Source: [Candidatus Thermochlorobacteriaceae] bacterium GBChlB (lineage in GTDB: Bacteria > Bacteroidota > Chlorobiia > Chlorobiales > Thermochlorobacteraceae). Taken from it: a stretch of DNA of 64,000 nucleotides. The stretch is from contig JPGV01000006.1 in assembly GCA_000724175.1 (NCBI GenBank), positions 28,630 through 92,629 of the forward strand, given 5' to 3'. Under the pieces are notes generated by a model. It worked only from the letters and a program-made list of their open reading frames with translations. It did not search any database and was not told the origin of the DNA. A program made the translations under genes and the position numbers. Below are positions 29,162 through 39,612 of this stretch, one piece after another; the stretch's first letter is position 1; the number at the start of each line of letters is the position of its first letter.

Positions 29162-31318
29162 TTAATTGACGAGCAAACTTTCCAAAACTTTCACGTCGGT
29201 CGTCGGCAGTTGGCATGCGTAATCGATGCAGACGAATGCCGTCGGCGTCTCGGTCGCGTCTTTCAAGATTGCGTTCAAAAACTCCAATTGTTTTGCCGTT
29301 TCAGGCGCCGCGTGGATGAGCACTTTGTTCGGCAAATACGTTGAGTAAATCGCGCGACGCATTGCCGTCATATCAGGCGAGTCAAGGCGGCCCGCTAAAA
29401 TAATCTGTTTGGGCTTTTGCAAATAAAAGTCAAGTGCAACAAGCATCTGCGGCAAATAGCTTGGCGCTTTATCAATGAGTTGGCTGAAGAACTGCAGGGT
29501 TTTTTCTGCCGAGTCGCGGAAGTCGGCTCGGTCGGTCATTTGTGCCAATCGAAGCAAATTCAACACCGCTATTGAGTTCGGCGAGGGTTCTGCGCCATCA
29601 TGGTCTTCCTTCATTCGGATAATCACGCTTTGGTCGTCGGAGCTTGCACTGAAAAATCCGCCGTTCTCGTGGTCGTAAAACAGGTCGATCATTTTTTCCG
29701 TCAATCGAATCGCCGTCGTGAAGTACTTCGGATCGAGTGACGCCTCATACAAATCAAGCAACCCTTGTGTGAAGAAGGCGTAGTCGTCTAATTTGCCGTC
29801 GATGCCTGCGTCGCCGTCGCGGTAGCGCCGCAGAAGCGTGTGCGTGCTCGGGTTGTAAAGCGTTGATAAAATAAAATCGGCGGCGCGATGTGCCGATTGC
29901 AAATACGACTCATCGTTCAGAACCGTGAAGCCTTTGGCAAAAGCCGAAATCATCAAGCTGTTCCAAGAGACGAGAATTTTGTCGTCCAAGTGCGGGCGCG
30001 GGCGCTTAGCACGAACCTCAAAGAGTTTTGCTTTTGCATCGAGAACAATCGCTTCAATTTCTTGCACCGATTTGCCGAACCGACGCGCTGTTTCTTCGAA
30101 CGAGAAGCGTTGTATCAAAATGTTTTTTTGAATGAACTCGCCGTGCGGGTCGTTAAGCGCATTGCCGCTTGGCTTTGCGCCGTAGATGTAGGAGAAAATT
30201 TCGCTCGCGTCATCGCCTAAAATCTCGTCGAGTTCGTGTTGTTCCCACACGTAGAACGCGCCCTCGGCCTTATGGTCAGCGTTGGGGTAGGGCAAGCTAT
30301 CGGCGTCTTCAGCGGAGTAGAAACCACCGCCGCGTGCCTGTGAACGAGGGGCATTATCGGTCATATCGCACATGACGTAATTGAAAATGTCGCGGGCAAT
30401 CTGTGCGTAAAAGTTATCGTTTGTCAATTGATACGCGTCGAGGTATGAGATTGCCAATTGCGCATTGTCGTAGAGCATTTTCTCGAAGTGCGGCACATGC
30501 CAATACTTGTCGGTCGAGTATCGCGCAAAGCCGCCGCCGCCTTTTCCCATGACACCGATGTGGTCGTGCATGCCGCCGTCCGCCATTTTGCGCAGCGTAA
30601 AGAGCGCCATCTCAAGCGCAGATTTATCTTTGCTTCGATGGTAATAATTGAACAAAAAATTTAGGCAAACTGGGCGTGGAAATTTTGGCGCGCCGCCGAA
30701 GCCGCCCCATTCTACATCAAAACTTGATGCAAGTTGCGCTGCACCGCGCTTGAAAACCTCTACCGAAAGGTCGGCTTTTCCAGCCTTAGCAAACTGCGAA
30801 CTTTGCAAGGCAAGTTGTTCTGTTGCCCGCGAGGCAACTGCGATGATGTTCTCTTTATCGCTTTGCCAACTCTCGGCGATTTTGATGAGCAAGGTCTTGA
30901 AGCCCGGTCGCCCCCACCGGTCTGTCGGCGGAAAATACGTGCCGCCAAAAAACGGCTTCAACTCCGGCGTCAGCCACACGCTCATCGGCCAGCCCCCGCT
31001 TCCCGTCGTCGCCTGCACATAACTCATATACACCCTGTCCAAATCCGGACGCTCCTCACGGTCGACTTTAATCGAAACGAAATGCTTGTTTAAGACATCC
31101 GCCACATCGTCGCTCTCAAACGATTCGCGCTCCATCACATGACACCAGTGGCAGGTTGAGTATCCAATGGAAAGAAAAATCGGTTTATCTTCCCGACGTG
31201 CTTTTTCAAACGCGGCGTCGCCCCATGCGAACCAATCAACGGGATTATGTTGATGTTGCAGGAGATACGGACTTTTTTCGTGGGCAAGCGCGTTGGTGTG
31301 TTTCGGCGATGCGGTCAT
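29162..31318 (-). CDS. thioredoxin-domain protein (YyaL/SPATA20, DUF255)
   Basis: [42 protein letters not shown] and [10 protein letters not shown]. Confidence 0.95.
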   Translation of the reverse strand: MTASPKHTNALAHEKSPYLLQHQHNPVDWFAWGDAAFEKARREDKPIFLSIGYSTCHWCHVMERESFESDDVADVLNKHFVSIKVDREERPDLDRVYMSYVQATTGSGGWPMSVWLTPELKPFFGGTYFPPTDRWGRPGFKTLLIKIAESWQSDKENIIAVASRATEQLALQSSQFAKAGKADLSVEVFKRGAAQLASSFDVEWGGFGGAPKFPRPVCLNFLFNYYHRSKDKSALEMALFTLRKMADGGMHDHIGVMGKGGGGFARYSTDKYWHVPHFEKMLYDNAQLAISYLDAYQLTNDNFYAQIARDIFNYVMCDMTDNAPRSQARGGGFYSAEDADSLPYPNADHKAEGAFYVWEQHELDEILGDDASEIFSYIYGAKPSGNALNDPHGEFIQKNILIQRFSFEETARRFGKSVQEIEAIVLDAKAKLFEVRAKRPRPHLDDKILVSWNSLMISAFAKGFTVLNDESYLQSAHRAADFILSTLYNPSTHTLLRRYRDGDAGIDGKLDDYAFFTQGLLDLYEASLDPKYFTTAIRLTEKMIDLFYDHENGGFFSASSDDQSVIIRMKEDHDGAEPSPNSIAVLNLLRLAQMTDRADFRDSAEKTLQFFSQLIDKAPSYLPQMLVALDFYLQKPKQIILAGRLDSPDMTAMRRAIYSTYLPNKVLIHAAPETAKQLEFLNAILKDATETPTAFVCIDYACQLPTTDVKVLESLLVN

Positions 31319-31405
31319 AGCAAGAGAGGTTTGAACGTTAGCGTTGTTTTTATTCCAAACGACCGCCGCACGCCTAAAAGTTTAATCACTAAACTGGGTT
31401 GAACC

Positions 31406-32431
31406 ATGACGAACTCCATCGTGAATGAACTGAAGATTGAAAACTTTAAATCGATAAAATCCCTGACGCTCACACCCAAGCGGATAAATCTCTTTATCGG
31501 AAAACCCAACACCGGCAAATCGAACATTCTCGAGGCGTTGAGTTTGTTCTCTGTGCCAACATTGACAGAGATGGGTGATTTTGTCCGCCACGAAAAACCC
31601 AGTCATTTATTTTATGACCAAAACTTAAAACAGCGTGTGAGCGTCTCCGCCGGAAACTTCTCGATGGAAATTTCCACGCGAAAGCCCGTTAATAATCCGA
31701 CAGCAACGCTTGATGAATTCGGCAATCCGATTCGGATAAGAAGCCATGTCGCGCTGTGGGTCAATGAAAAAAACGAGATTGAAGGCGGCGAAGAGGATAT
31801 TAAATCGCTAAAAAAGTACAACACCAAGTTCAAGAAATACGAGTTTCGAAAAGGTGTGAACGACAACGCGCAAAAGCCTCTCTCTCACCTTCAAGTTCCG
31901 TTTGGCGAAAACATTTTTTACATGTTGGAAACGCACCCTGAACTGTTCGAGGAAGTCGCACGATTCTTCACGCAATATGGACTGGACTTGGTGTTGAATC
32001 AAGAAAACGACACGATTCTGATGCAAAAAAAAATCGGCAATCGCGTGTTCCAACTGCCGTATTCGCTGGTGGCGGACACGTTGCAACGCATGATTTTTTA
32101 TTTGGCGGCAATCAAGACGAACAAAGAAAGCGTGTTGATTTTCGAAGAGCCTGAAACGCATTCGTTTCCGCTATACATACAACGGTTAGCGTTAGAAATT
32201 ACCAATTCAATCGAGAATCAATTTTTCATCGCCACGCATAGCCCGTATCTCTTCAACACCATTTTGGAAAAAGCACCGAAAGAACACGTCGCCGTGTTCA
32301 TTACCTATTTCGAAAACCATGAGACGAAAGTTATGTTGCTCTCCGAAGAGGATAAGAGCGAGGTAATGAATTATGGAATGGACGTGTTCTTTCACTTAGA
32401 TGAATTTATCACTGAAAAACAACTCCAATAA
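31406..32431 (+). CDS. ABC/AAA_15-AAA_21 type ATPase
   Basis: IENFKSI, Walker A GKPNTGKS, Walker B LIFEEPE, H-loop IATHSPY; no TM. Confidence 0.85.
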   Translation: MTNSIVNELKIENFKSIKSLTLTPKRINLFIGKPNTGKSNILEALSLFSVPTLTEMGDFVRHEKPSHLFYDQNLKQRVSVSAGNFSMEISTRKPVNNPTATLDEFGNPIRIRSHVALWVNEKNEIEGGEEDIKSLKKYNTKFKKYEFRKGVNDNAQKPLSHLQVPFGENIFYMLETHPELFEEVARFFTQYGLDLVLNQENDTILMQKKIGNRVFQLPYSLVADTLQRMIFYLAAIKTNKESVLIFEEPETHSFPLYIQRLALEITNSIENQFFIATHSPYLFNTILEKAPKEHVAVFITYFENHETKVMLLSEEDKSEVMNYGMDVFFHLDEFITEKQLQ

Positions 32432-32432
32432 T

Positions 32433-32939
32433 ATGCGAAACATCATTCCGGAATGTTGGTTCGATAAAGAGTTGTTATTGCAATTGCGTATAACGCAAAA
32501 ACAAATCAACAAAGTGACAGACATTACTGACGTTGTAAAGAAGCTCAACGAACAAATTTATTCAAACAAAGTCGCTCTCGGTTTAATTGATGAAGACCTA
32601 AACAGTTCCCGTCCGAGCAGTTTTTCAGAATTTCAGGTAATCAAAGAGGCGCATCAATTGATGTGGAAGCAAAAGCCAAATACACGCCATATTTTAATTG
32701 TTATCCGCCCGCGTTTAGAAGATTGGCTTTACGCGGTAGCGAAAACAGGAAATGTGAATCCGTCTACGAAACCTTATCTGCTTCCGAAAACTCCGAAAGA
32801 ACTGCACGATGATTACACGGCTAAAAGACAAGTTTCGGAGAGCAAAAACGTGATGAGTTTCTTGAAAGATGTAATCGCGGCAAACCCACCGCAGATTCAA
32901 ACCCTGAAAACTTGGCTTCAAGAAATTCAATCATTATGA
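32433..32939 (+). CDS. hypothetical protein, possible TOPRIM-like partner of the ATPase
   Basis: IIPECWFD and GLIDED resemble TOPRIM E..D and DxD motifs; 1 bp after the ATPase stop; AT-rich. Confidence 0.6.
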   Translation: MRNIIPECWFDKELLLQLRITQKQINKVTDITDVVKKLNEQIYSNKVALGLIDEDLNSSRPSSFSEFQVIKEAHQLMWKQKPNTRHILIVIRPRLEDWLYAVAKTGNVNPSTKPYLLPKTPKELHDDYTAKRQVSESKNVMSFLKDVIAANPPQIQTLKTWLQEIQSL

Positions 32940-34330
32940 CCGTCGTTCAGCACGAACCCATCGCCGCAATTGCCACCGCTGTCGGCGAAAGCGCGATTGC
33001 AATTGTGCGCATCTCCGGCGCAGGCGCGTTGCAAATCGCCGATAAAACTTTTCGCAAAGCAGGCGATAAAAACTTTTCCTTCTCAACCGCCGACTCGCAC
33101 ACCGCACACTACGGATTCGTCGTCGATAAACGCGGCGACGTGATTGACGAAGTCATGGCAATTGTCTACAAATCGCCGCGCAGTTTCACGATGGAAGATT
33201 CAGTCGAGTTCAATTGTCACGGTGGCGTGATTGTAACGCAAACTGTGCTTGAAACCTTGCTCGATGCGGGCTGCCGCTTGGCGGAAGCAGGCGAATTTAC
33301 GCGCCGCGCCTTTCTGAACGGTCGAATCGATTTAGCGCAAGCCGAAGCCATCGGCGAGATGATTCACGCCAAAACACGTGCGGCATACCGTGCGGCGCTC
33401 TCGCACATGAAAGGCGATTTGTCCAAAAACCTCTCGGCGCTCCGAGAAGACCTGCTCAATGCGTGCTCTATGCTCGAGCTCGAACTCGATTTCGGAGAGG
33501 AGGATGTCGAGTTTCAAAGCCGCGATGAGTTGGTCAGGAAAATGTCGGAATTGAAAGTGCAACTCACGCGGCTGGCAAGTTCGTTCATGTTCGGGAAGTT
33601 CGTGCAAGAAGGCGTGCGCACCGCAATTGTCGGCAAACCGAATGCGGGCAAATCGACGCTGCTTAACGCGCTCTTGGGAAAAGACCGCGCCATCGTCAGC
33701 GATGTTGCTGGCACGACGCGCGATTACATTGAAGAAAGTTTTGTCAGCGACGGCGTCTTGTTCAAACTCATTGATACAGCTGGACTGCGCACAACAGCGG
33801 ACAATATCGAGGGCGAAGGCATTCGGCGCAGTTACGAAAAAATCGAGGAAGCGGATTTGATTTTGTATCTCATCGATGCGTCGATACCCGTAGACCCAAG
33901 TGAAATCAAGGCAGTTGAAGCAATGAGAGAAAAAAACGGTGATGCAAAATTTCTGCTTGTTCTAAACAAAAGTGATAGACAATTGACAAATGCAGCGCAG
34001 CACATTGAGACTGTGGAACAAGTAAAAATTTCCGCGCTCACTCGTGAGGGCATTTCTGAACTGAAACAAAAAATGACATCACTTGCGCTTGGCGCAGAGA
34101 CACTCGCCGACGGCAGCGTGATGCTCACCAATTTGCGGCACTACGAGGCAATTCGCAATGCGCTGCAAAGCTTGGAAAACGCGGAGGTGCAGGTCGCGCA
34201 TCATGCCCCAACGGAACTCATCGCCTCCGACTTGCGCGACGCACTCTACCATATCGGCACGATTACGGGAAATGTCTCGACCGACGATATTTTGAACAAC
34301 ATCTTCGCCAAGTTTTGTATCGGAAAGTAG
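32936..34330 (+). CDS. mnmE: tRNA modification GTPase MnmE
   Basis: IAAIAT, GEFTRRAFLNGRIDL.QAEA, GKPNAGKS, GTTRD, DTAG and C-terminal FCIGK; ATGA overlap start. Confidence 0.97.
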   Translation: MTVVQHEPIAAIATAVGESAIAIVRISGAGALQIADKTFRKAGDKNFSFSTADSHTAHYGFVVDKRGDVIDEVMAIVYKSPRSFTMEDSVEFNCHGGVIVTQTVLETLLDAGCRLAEAGEFTRRAFLNGRIDLAQAEAIGEMIHAKTRAAYRAALSHMKGDLSKNLSALREDLLNACSMLELELDFGEEDVEFQSRDELVRKMSELKVQLTRLASSFMFGKFVQEGVRTAIVGKPNAGKSTLLNALLGKDRAIVSDVAGTTRDYIEESFVSDGVLFKLIDTAGLRTTADNIEGEGIRRSYEKIEEADLILYLIDASIPVDPSEIKAVEAMREKNGDAKFLLVLNKSDRQLTNAAQHIETVEQVKISALTREGISELKQKMTSLALGAETLADGSVMLTNLRHYEAIRNALQSLENAEVQVAHHAPTELIASDLRDALYHIGTITGNVSTDDILNNIFAKFCIGK

Positions 34331-34342
34331 AACGTGTCATTT

Positions 34343-35563
34343 TTACCATAACTCCACGCGCACTAACTCGATGACACGCTGCAAGGCTTGCTCGACGACC
34401 GCTGTGTCGCTGTGTCGCACAATCACAAATCCTTCGCCTTCGTAGGTGCCGCTTGCGGGCTGCCCAATGTCGGGAAGTTTTACATCGGTAAAGAGATGCC
34501 CGACTTCCGCCGTCGCTGCCTCGAATCCATGAACTGCTTTGACCCTTCCTGCACCTTGTCCGCGCAAAAACGCGACGCCCGCAGCGGATTTTTGTTCAGG
34601 CGGAATGAACTCGCCATAGACCATCAGCCGCGCCCACGCTGAGATAAAATCAATGTCAAACGCACGCGAATTGAGCGTCATAATTTGCGCCCCGGGCGGA
34701 CGTGCGCCGACTTCTGAAATCGCAATCTTGCCTGTTCTTTTTCGAAACCACTCCAAATGCGACACGCCTGTTGTCATGCCCAACGCTTGAAGAGCCTTCG
34801 CGCCAGTTTGTCGAATGTCGGCGTAAACATCGCTCGATGCTTCACGCGGCAAAATGATGCGCCATTGAATCCATTGGTTTCTCATTACATCGAGCGCGGC
34901 AGGCAAATAATAGGTGCAGGATTGCCACACTGCGTTGCCGTTCACCGAGACAGTCTCGAGTGAATGCTCTTGTCCTAAAACAAATTCCTCGATGACAGCC
35001 GGATTGGCGTCGCTGGGCTGAATACGCAACAGTGCATCGTGTAAATCCTTCTCGTGTTGAATTTGAAACGTCGATTGCGACCCTGCGCCAGCAAGCGGCT
35101 TCAAGACCAGTGGAAATCCGACAGCAGTTGCAAACTCTACCGCGTGGCTTGGCTTCGTCACGGCAGCATGTTTCGCGCAGGGAATATCGGCGGCGGCGAA
35201 GCGCGACTTCATTCGCGCCTTATCCCGAAAATTTTTTGCCGACTCGACGGACAGTCCTTCGACACCCAACGCCTCACGCGCTTCGGCAACAGGGACTTGA
35301 ATCTGCTCGTTTACCGCAAGAAATTTATCCAGTCCGCCTAAATAGTTTCGTAAGGTTTTTGCAGCAAACGCCAAGTGGGCAGCGTCAAACACATTATCGA
35401 CTTTGTAATGCGCGTCGATTGTTTGGCGCAACGCGGTGGGCAAGCGTTCTTGCGCTTCCTGCGCAATCACGCCGAGACGCACATTAGGCAGCGAACAAAG
35501 CGCGTTGATGAATCCCACGGCATTTGCATTGAAAAATGGCGTTGCAAAAATTACGATGGGCAT
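34343..35563 (-). CDS. ATP-grasp domain protein
   Basis: FRDKARMK, GFPLVLKP, IEEFV.G.EHS, HLEWF and EVGARPPG. Confidence 0.85.
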   Translation of the reverse strand: MPIVIFATPFFNANAVGFINALCSLPNVRLGVIAQEAQERLPTALRQTIDAHYKVDNVFDAAHLAFAAKTLRNYLGGLDKFLAVNEQIQVPVAEAREALGVEGLSVESAKNFRDKARMKSRFAAADIPCAKHAAVTKPSHAVEFATAVGFPLVLKPLAGAGSQSTFQIQHEKDLHDALLRIQPSDANPAVIEEFVLGQEHSLETVSVNGNAVWQSCTYYLPAALDVMRNQWIQWRIILPREASSDVYADIRQTGAKALQALGMTTGVSHLEWFRKRTGKIAISEVGARPPGAQIMTLNSRAFDIDFISAWARLMVYGEFIPPEQKSAAGVAFLRGQGAGRVKAVHGFEAATAEVGHLFTDVKLPDIGQPASGTYEGEGFVIVRHSDTAVVEQALQRVIELVRVELW

Positions 35564-35620
35564 ACACAAAGCTGATTATATTTCGAAGACCATTACTTGC
35601 AGAAAGTAACTTAAAAAACC

Positions 35621-36577
35621 ATGAAAAAAATTTTCATCACCTATCCAATCGCGCCCGCAGGCATCGAGCGCCTGAAACAACACGGCTACAAAATCGAGAT
35701 GAATGAGCAGCATCGATTGCTCTCGCACAACGATTTTATCGCGCAATTCCAAAACGCCGACGCAGTCATCACGGTCATTTCCGACAAGGTCGACCGAACG
35801 ATTCTCGACCTTGCCGCCACCGCACACACGCCAACGAAAATTTTTGCCAACTTCGGCGTTGGGTTCAACAACATTGATGTGGCTTACGCTAAGCAACTTG
35901 GCATCTTTGTCACTAACACCCCCGAAGTGCTGACCGACGCTACCGCCGACACCGCGTTTCTCTTGCTGCTCGCCGTTGCACGTCGGTTCAATGAATGCCA
36001 AAAGGTGATGCAACCGCAGACCTTTACGGGCTGGAACACTGTGCAGAATTTGGGCGTGAATTTAAGCGGCAAAACGCTTGGCATTGTCGGCTTCGGCAGA
36101 ATCGGCGAGGCGATGGCGAAACGCGCCAAGGCATTCGATATGAACGTCATTTTTTCAACGCGCACTGAAAAGACATCGGAGTTCGCCACACAAGTTGATT
36201 TTGAAACATTGCTCCGCGAGAGCGACGCGGTTTCAATTCATACCGCGCTCACCGACGAGACGAAGCACCTTTTTACCAAACGCGAGTTCGATAAAATGAA
36301 ACCGCAGTCGATACTCATCAATACAGCGCGCGGCGCAGTCATCAACGAAGCCGATTTGGTGTCAGCTATCAAGGCAGGCAAGTTTTTCGGCGTCGGCTTA
36401 GATGTTTACGAATTTGAGCCGCTGGTTTCAGACGACCTGTATAAATTAGACAATGTCATCTTACTACCACACATCGGCGCCGCGACAATCGAGACGCGCA
36501 ACAAAATGTCAATGCTCTGCGCCGAAAACATCATCGCCGCACTCGACGGCAAAACGCCGCCGAATTTGGTGTGGTGA
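35621..36577 (+). CDS. D-2-hydroxyacid dehydrogenase (glyoxylate/hydroxypyruvate reductase-like)
   Basis: GVGFNNID, GIVGFGRIG, LINTARG, LDVYEFEP and LPHIG. Confidence 0.92.
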   Translation: MKKIFITYPIAPAGIERLKQHGYKIEMNEQHRLLSHNDFIAQFQNADAVITVISDKVDRTILDLAATAHTPTKIFANFGVGFNNIDVAYAKQLGIFVTNTPEVLTDATADTAFLLLLAVARRFNECQKVMQPQTFTGWNTVQNLGVNLSGKTLGIVGFGRIGEAMAKRAKAFDMNVIFSTRTEKTSEFATQVDFETLLRESDAVSIHTALTDETKHLFTKREFDKMKPQSILINTARGAVINEADLVSAIKAGKFFGVGLDVYEFEPLVSDDLYKLDNVILLPHIGAATIETRNKMSMLCAENIIAALDGKTPPNLVW

Positions 36578-36610
36578 TCCGCAATTTTGTAGCAAGAACT
36601 GAGTCTGCAA

Positions 36611-37123
36611 TTACACAGCGTTCTGAAATCCTAGAACGCTTTTTAATTGTTCCACCACATTGAACACAATCGGACAAACATCGTATTTTTCCATCACGGC
36701 ATCGAACCGATATTTGAAATGCTCGCCGACAAGGTTCGGAAATGTGCGGCAACATATCGGACGCGCATCGTAGACATTGCACAAATTATTCGCTTGCAAC
36801 ATCGGGCAGGGGCGAGAGACGAAATAAAACGCCTCTTTGTGCGGGCGCAAAAAAGTTCGCTTGAAATCATCAACGGAAATTTGTTTCTGTGCGGCAAGCG
36901 CGGGAAGTTCCGATTCAAGCGCGGCGGCGTGAAGGCATTTGCAACAGTTCGCGCAAGCCGTGCAATCAATGCGCGGCTCGATGTCCGCATTGAGTTGCTC
37001 AACAAGCGCATTGAGTTCGGCGGACGGCATTCGGCGCAGAAATTTTTTGAACGACAAGTTCTCCCCGTGTTTCGCACGAGCCGCTTGACTGATGATTTCC
37101 AAATTCGTTTCAATGCACATCAT
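36611..37123 (-). CDS. YkgJ family cysteine-cluster protein
   Basis: CTACANCC, PCPML...LCNVYDARP..CRTFP. Confidence 0.88.
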   Translation of the reverse strand: MMCIETNLEIISQAARAKHGENLSFKKFLRRMPSAELNALVEQLNADIEPRIDCTACANCCKCLHAAALESELPALAAQKQISVDDFKRTFLRPHKEAFYFVSRPCPMLQANNLCNVYDARPICCRTFPNLVGEHFKYRFDAVMEKYDVCPIVFNVVEQLKSVLGFQNAV

Positions 37124-37134
37124 TGACGAAGCAG

Positions 37135-37150
37135 GTTTTCACGTGAAACA
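37135..37150. promoter_or_regulatory. parS site (imperfect)
   Basis: GTTTTCACGTGAAACA, 14 of 16 matches to TGTTTCACGTGAAACA. Confidence 0.75.
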
Positions 37151-37243
37151 TTCTTTTGGCGACAAAAATTTTCCGTTGCTAATCAGTGTTGAACAGATGG
37201 CGTTGCGCCGCTCAATCCAACGAAAGCCTGAAATTGGCGAAAA

Positions 37244-37259
37244 TGTTTCACGTGAAACA
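37244..37259. promoter_or_regulatory. parS site (perfect palindrome)
   Basis: TGTTTCACGTGAAACA inside the 22-bp palindrome AAATGTTTCACGTGAAACATTT. Confidence 0.92.
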
Positions 37260-37317
37260 TTTGGGCAAACGAGATAAGTTTTTCTTCATTTTTCACTTTT
37301 CATTCTTCCTTGAATTT

Positions 37318-39198
37318 ATGACCGATTATGATGTGATTATCGTCGGCGCGGGACACGCAGGCTGTGAAGCCGTGCTTGCCGCCGCCCGAATGGGGCAGAG
37401 AAGTTTGCTCATCACGATGGACTTGCTCGCCATCGCGCGAATGTCGTGTAACCCAGCCATCGGCGGCGTTGCCAAAGGACAAATGGTTCGGGAAATCGAC
37501 GCGCTCGGCGGCGCCATGGGCATCATCACCGACCGCGCCGGCATCCAATTTCGAATGCTCAACCGAAGCAAAGGCGCCGCCATGTTTTCGCCAAGAGCGC
37601 AATGCGACCGCGTGCAATACTCTATTGAAATGCGCAAACTTATTGAGCAAGAACCGCTCATCGATTTGCGTCAAGATTCCGTTCTCGGCGTGCGGGCGGA
37701 AAGCGGCAAAATTAAATCTGTTGTCATTCGCGGCAATCAGGAAATCACCACCAAAAGTTTGGTTCTCACCAACGGCACTTTTCTGAACGGCAAAATTCAC
37801 GTCGGGCTGAAGAACTACTCCGGCGGCAGAACGATGGCAGAGCCAGCCTCAATTGGCATGACCGAAAGTCTGACCGCACTCGGCTTCACATCGGGACGGC
37901 TCAAAACCGGAACGCCGCCGCGCATCGACGGCAGAAGCGTCGATTACAGCAAAGTTGAGGTGCAACCGCCCGACGACGTCATTGAACCATTTTCATTCGA
38001 CACCGATGAACAAGAATTTCAAAAGAAGCGACAACTCTCGTGCTTCATTACCTACACCAACGAAGCAACACATCGGATTCTGGAATCGGGCTTTGACCAA
38101 TCGCCAATGTTTCGTGGCTTGATTGATGGGGTTGGACCAAGATACTGCCCATCGATTGAGGACAAAGTGAACCGCTTCCGCGATAAAGACCGCCACCAAA
38201 TTTTTCTCGAACCCGAAGGCTTCGACACCAACGAAATGTATGTGAATGGATTTTCAACATCATTGCCCGAAGAAATCCAACTTGCGGGAATGCGAACTAT
38301 TGCTGGCTTAGAACAGGTGAAAATGATTCGTCCGGGCTATGCGATTGAATACGATTACTTTCACCCGCATCAGTTGAAGCCGACGCTCGAGACAAAGCTC
38401 GTCGAGGGACTTTTTTTCGCGGGACAAATCAACGGCACGTCGGGCTACGAAGAGGCGGCGGCGCAAGGCTTGATTGCAGGCATTAACGCGGCGCTTCGGG
38501 CACAAGGCGACGGACGGGAATTCATCTTGCGCCGCGACGAAGCCTACATTGGCGTTCTCATCGACGACCTTATCACCAAAAGCGCCGACGAGCCGTATCG
38601 GATGTTCACCTCACGCGCTGAGTATCGAATTATCTTGCGGCAGGACAACGCCGACCGTCGGCTACGTGACAAAGGATTTGAGTTAGGACTTGTCAAGCCC
38701 GATGTCTATCAAAAATTTTTGCAGAAGAAATCTGAAATCGAAGAGCTACACCGGTTCATTCGGGAGTTCAGCATTTTGCCCGAGGAAATCAATCCGCTCA
38801 TTGAGTCGCTCGGCAAGTCTCCGCTCTCGAAATCCACGAAAGCAAACGATGTGATTCGTCGGCAGGAATTGTCGTTTGAGAACATCTTGGAGAGCGTGCC
38901 GCGCTTCCGCGAAAAAGTTGAGTCGATTTCAACGAACAAGCGCGTGTATGAGCAAATCGAAATTGATGTCAAATACGAGGGCTACATCAGGCGTGAACTT
39001 TCGGTTGCTGAGAAACTCACACGGTTGGAAGAAGTGCCGATTCCGTTCACTTACGACTTCGACCGCGTTAAAGGCTTATCGGCAGAAGGACGCGAGAAGC
39101 TCAAAAAAATGAAACCAACGTCGCTCGGTCAAGCCTCTCGAATTTCCGGGGTAACGCCCGCCGACGTCTCGGTCTTGATGGTTCACTTGGGGCGGTAA
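37318..39198 (+). CDS. mnmG: tRNA uridine-5-carboxymethylaminomethyl modification enzyme MnmG/GidA
   Basis: [29 protein letters not shown] and [16 protein letters not shown]; ATG 37318. Confidence 0.97.
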   Translation: MTDYDVIIVGAGHAGCEAVLAAARMGQRSLLITMDLLAIARMSCNPAIGGVAKGQMVREIDALGGAMGIITDRAGIQFRMLNRSKGAAMFSPRAQCDRVQYSIEMRKLIEQEPLIDLRQDSVLGVRAESGKIKSVVIRGNQEITTKSLVLTNGTFLNGKIHVGLKNYSGGRTMAEPASIGMTESLTALGFTSGRLKTGTPPRIDGRSVDYSKVEVQPPDDVIEPFSFDTDEQEFQKKRQLSCFITYTNEATHRILESGFDQSPMFRGLIDGVGPRYCPSIEDKVNRFRDKDRHQIFLEPEGFDTNEMYVNGFSTSLPEEIQLAGMRTIAGLEQVKMIRPGYAIEYDYFHPHQLKPTLETKLVEGLFFAGQINGTSGYEEAAAQGLIAGINAALRAQGDGREFILRRDEAYIGVLIDDLITKSADEPYRMFTSRAEYRIILRQDNADRRLRDKGFELGLVKPDVYQKFLQKKSEIEELHRFIREFSILPEEINPLIESLGKSPLSKSTKANDVIRRQELSFENILESVPRFREKVESISTNKRVYEQIEIDVKYEGYIRRELSVAEKLTRLEEVPIPFTYDFDRVKGLSAEGREKLKKMKPTSLGQASRISGVTPADVSVLMVHLGR

Positions 39199-39337
39199 GA
39201 CGGATGAACGATAGGTGTAACACCTCGCAAATCTACATGCGACTTCACCAACCAGCCAACCAACGATACAGGTCGAGTTTGAAACGCGGCCCAACTCCGC
39301 CCTCGATTCAGCATTGGCAAACGAACCGATACTCTAA

Positions 39338-39353
39338 TGTTTCACGTGGAACA
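39338..39353. promoter_or_regulatory. parS site
   Basis: TGTTTCACGTGGAACA, whose reverse complement TGTTCCACGTGAAACA fits TGTTNCACGTGAAACA. Confidence 0.88.
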
Positions 39354-39612
39354 TTTTGAGCGAATTTTGAGGGTTCCGCTTTGCTGGGTTAATTCAAAGG
39401 GTCGCTTCCTTACGAGCAACTGGTAGCATTACCTGATTCAAGACAAGCGACAAAGAACCGCCAACCGCTTCGCACAAGCTCATTGGTGGACGCCTTAAAA
39501 AAATATCTCATTCAATTTGATTTTGTTTTCACAGACGTGTGTCGTGTTGTAAATTCCCTTGCTGATTTCCTCAAAGAGTAATCTTGACGCAATACTAATC
39601 GAGACCAAAAGC

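Noticed and set aside
39199-39612. Possible ncRNA or SOS box in the 414-bp mnmG-polB spacer
   Set aside because: Apart from parS, I could not recognise a structured RNA or operator; a covariance-model search would be needed.
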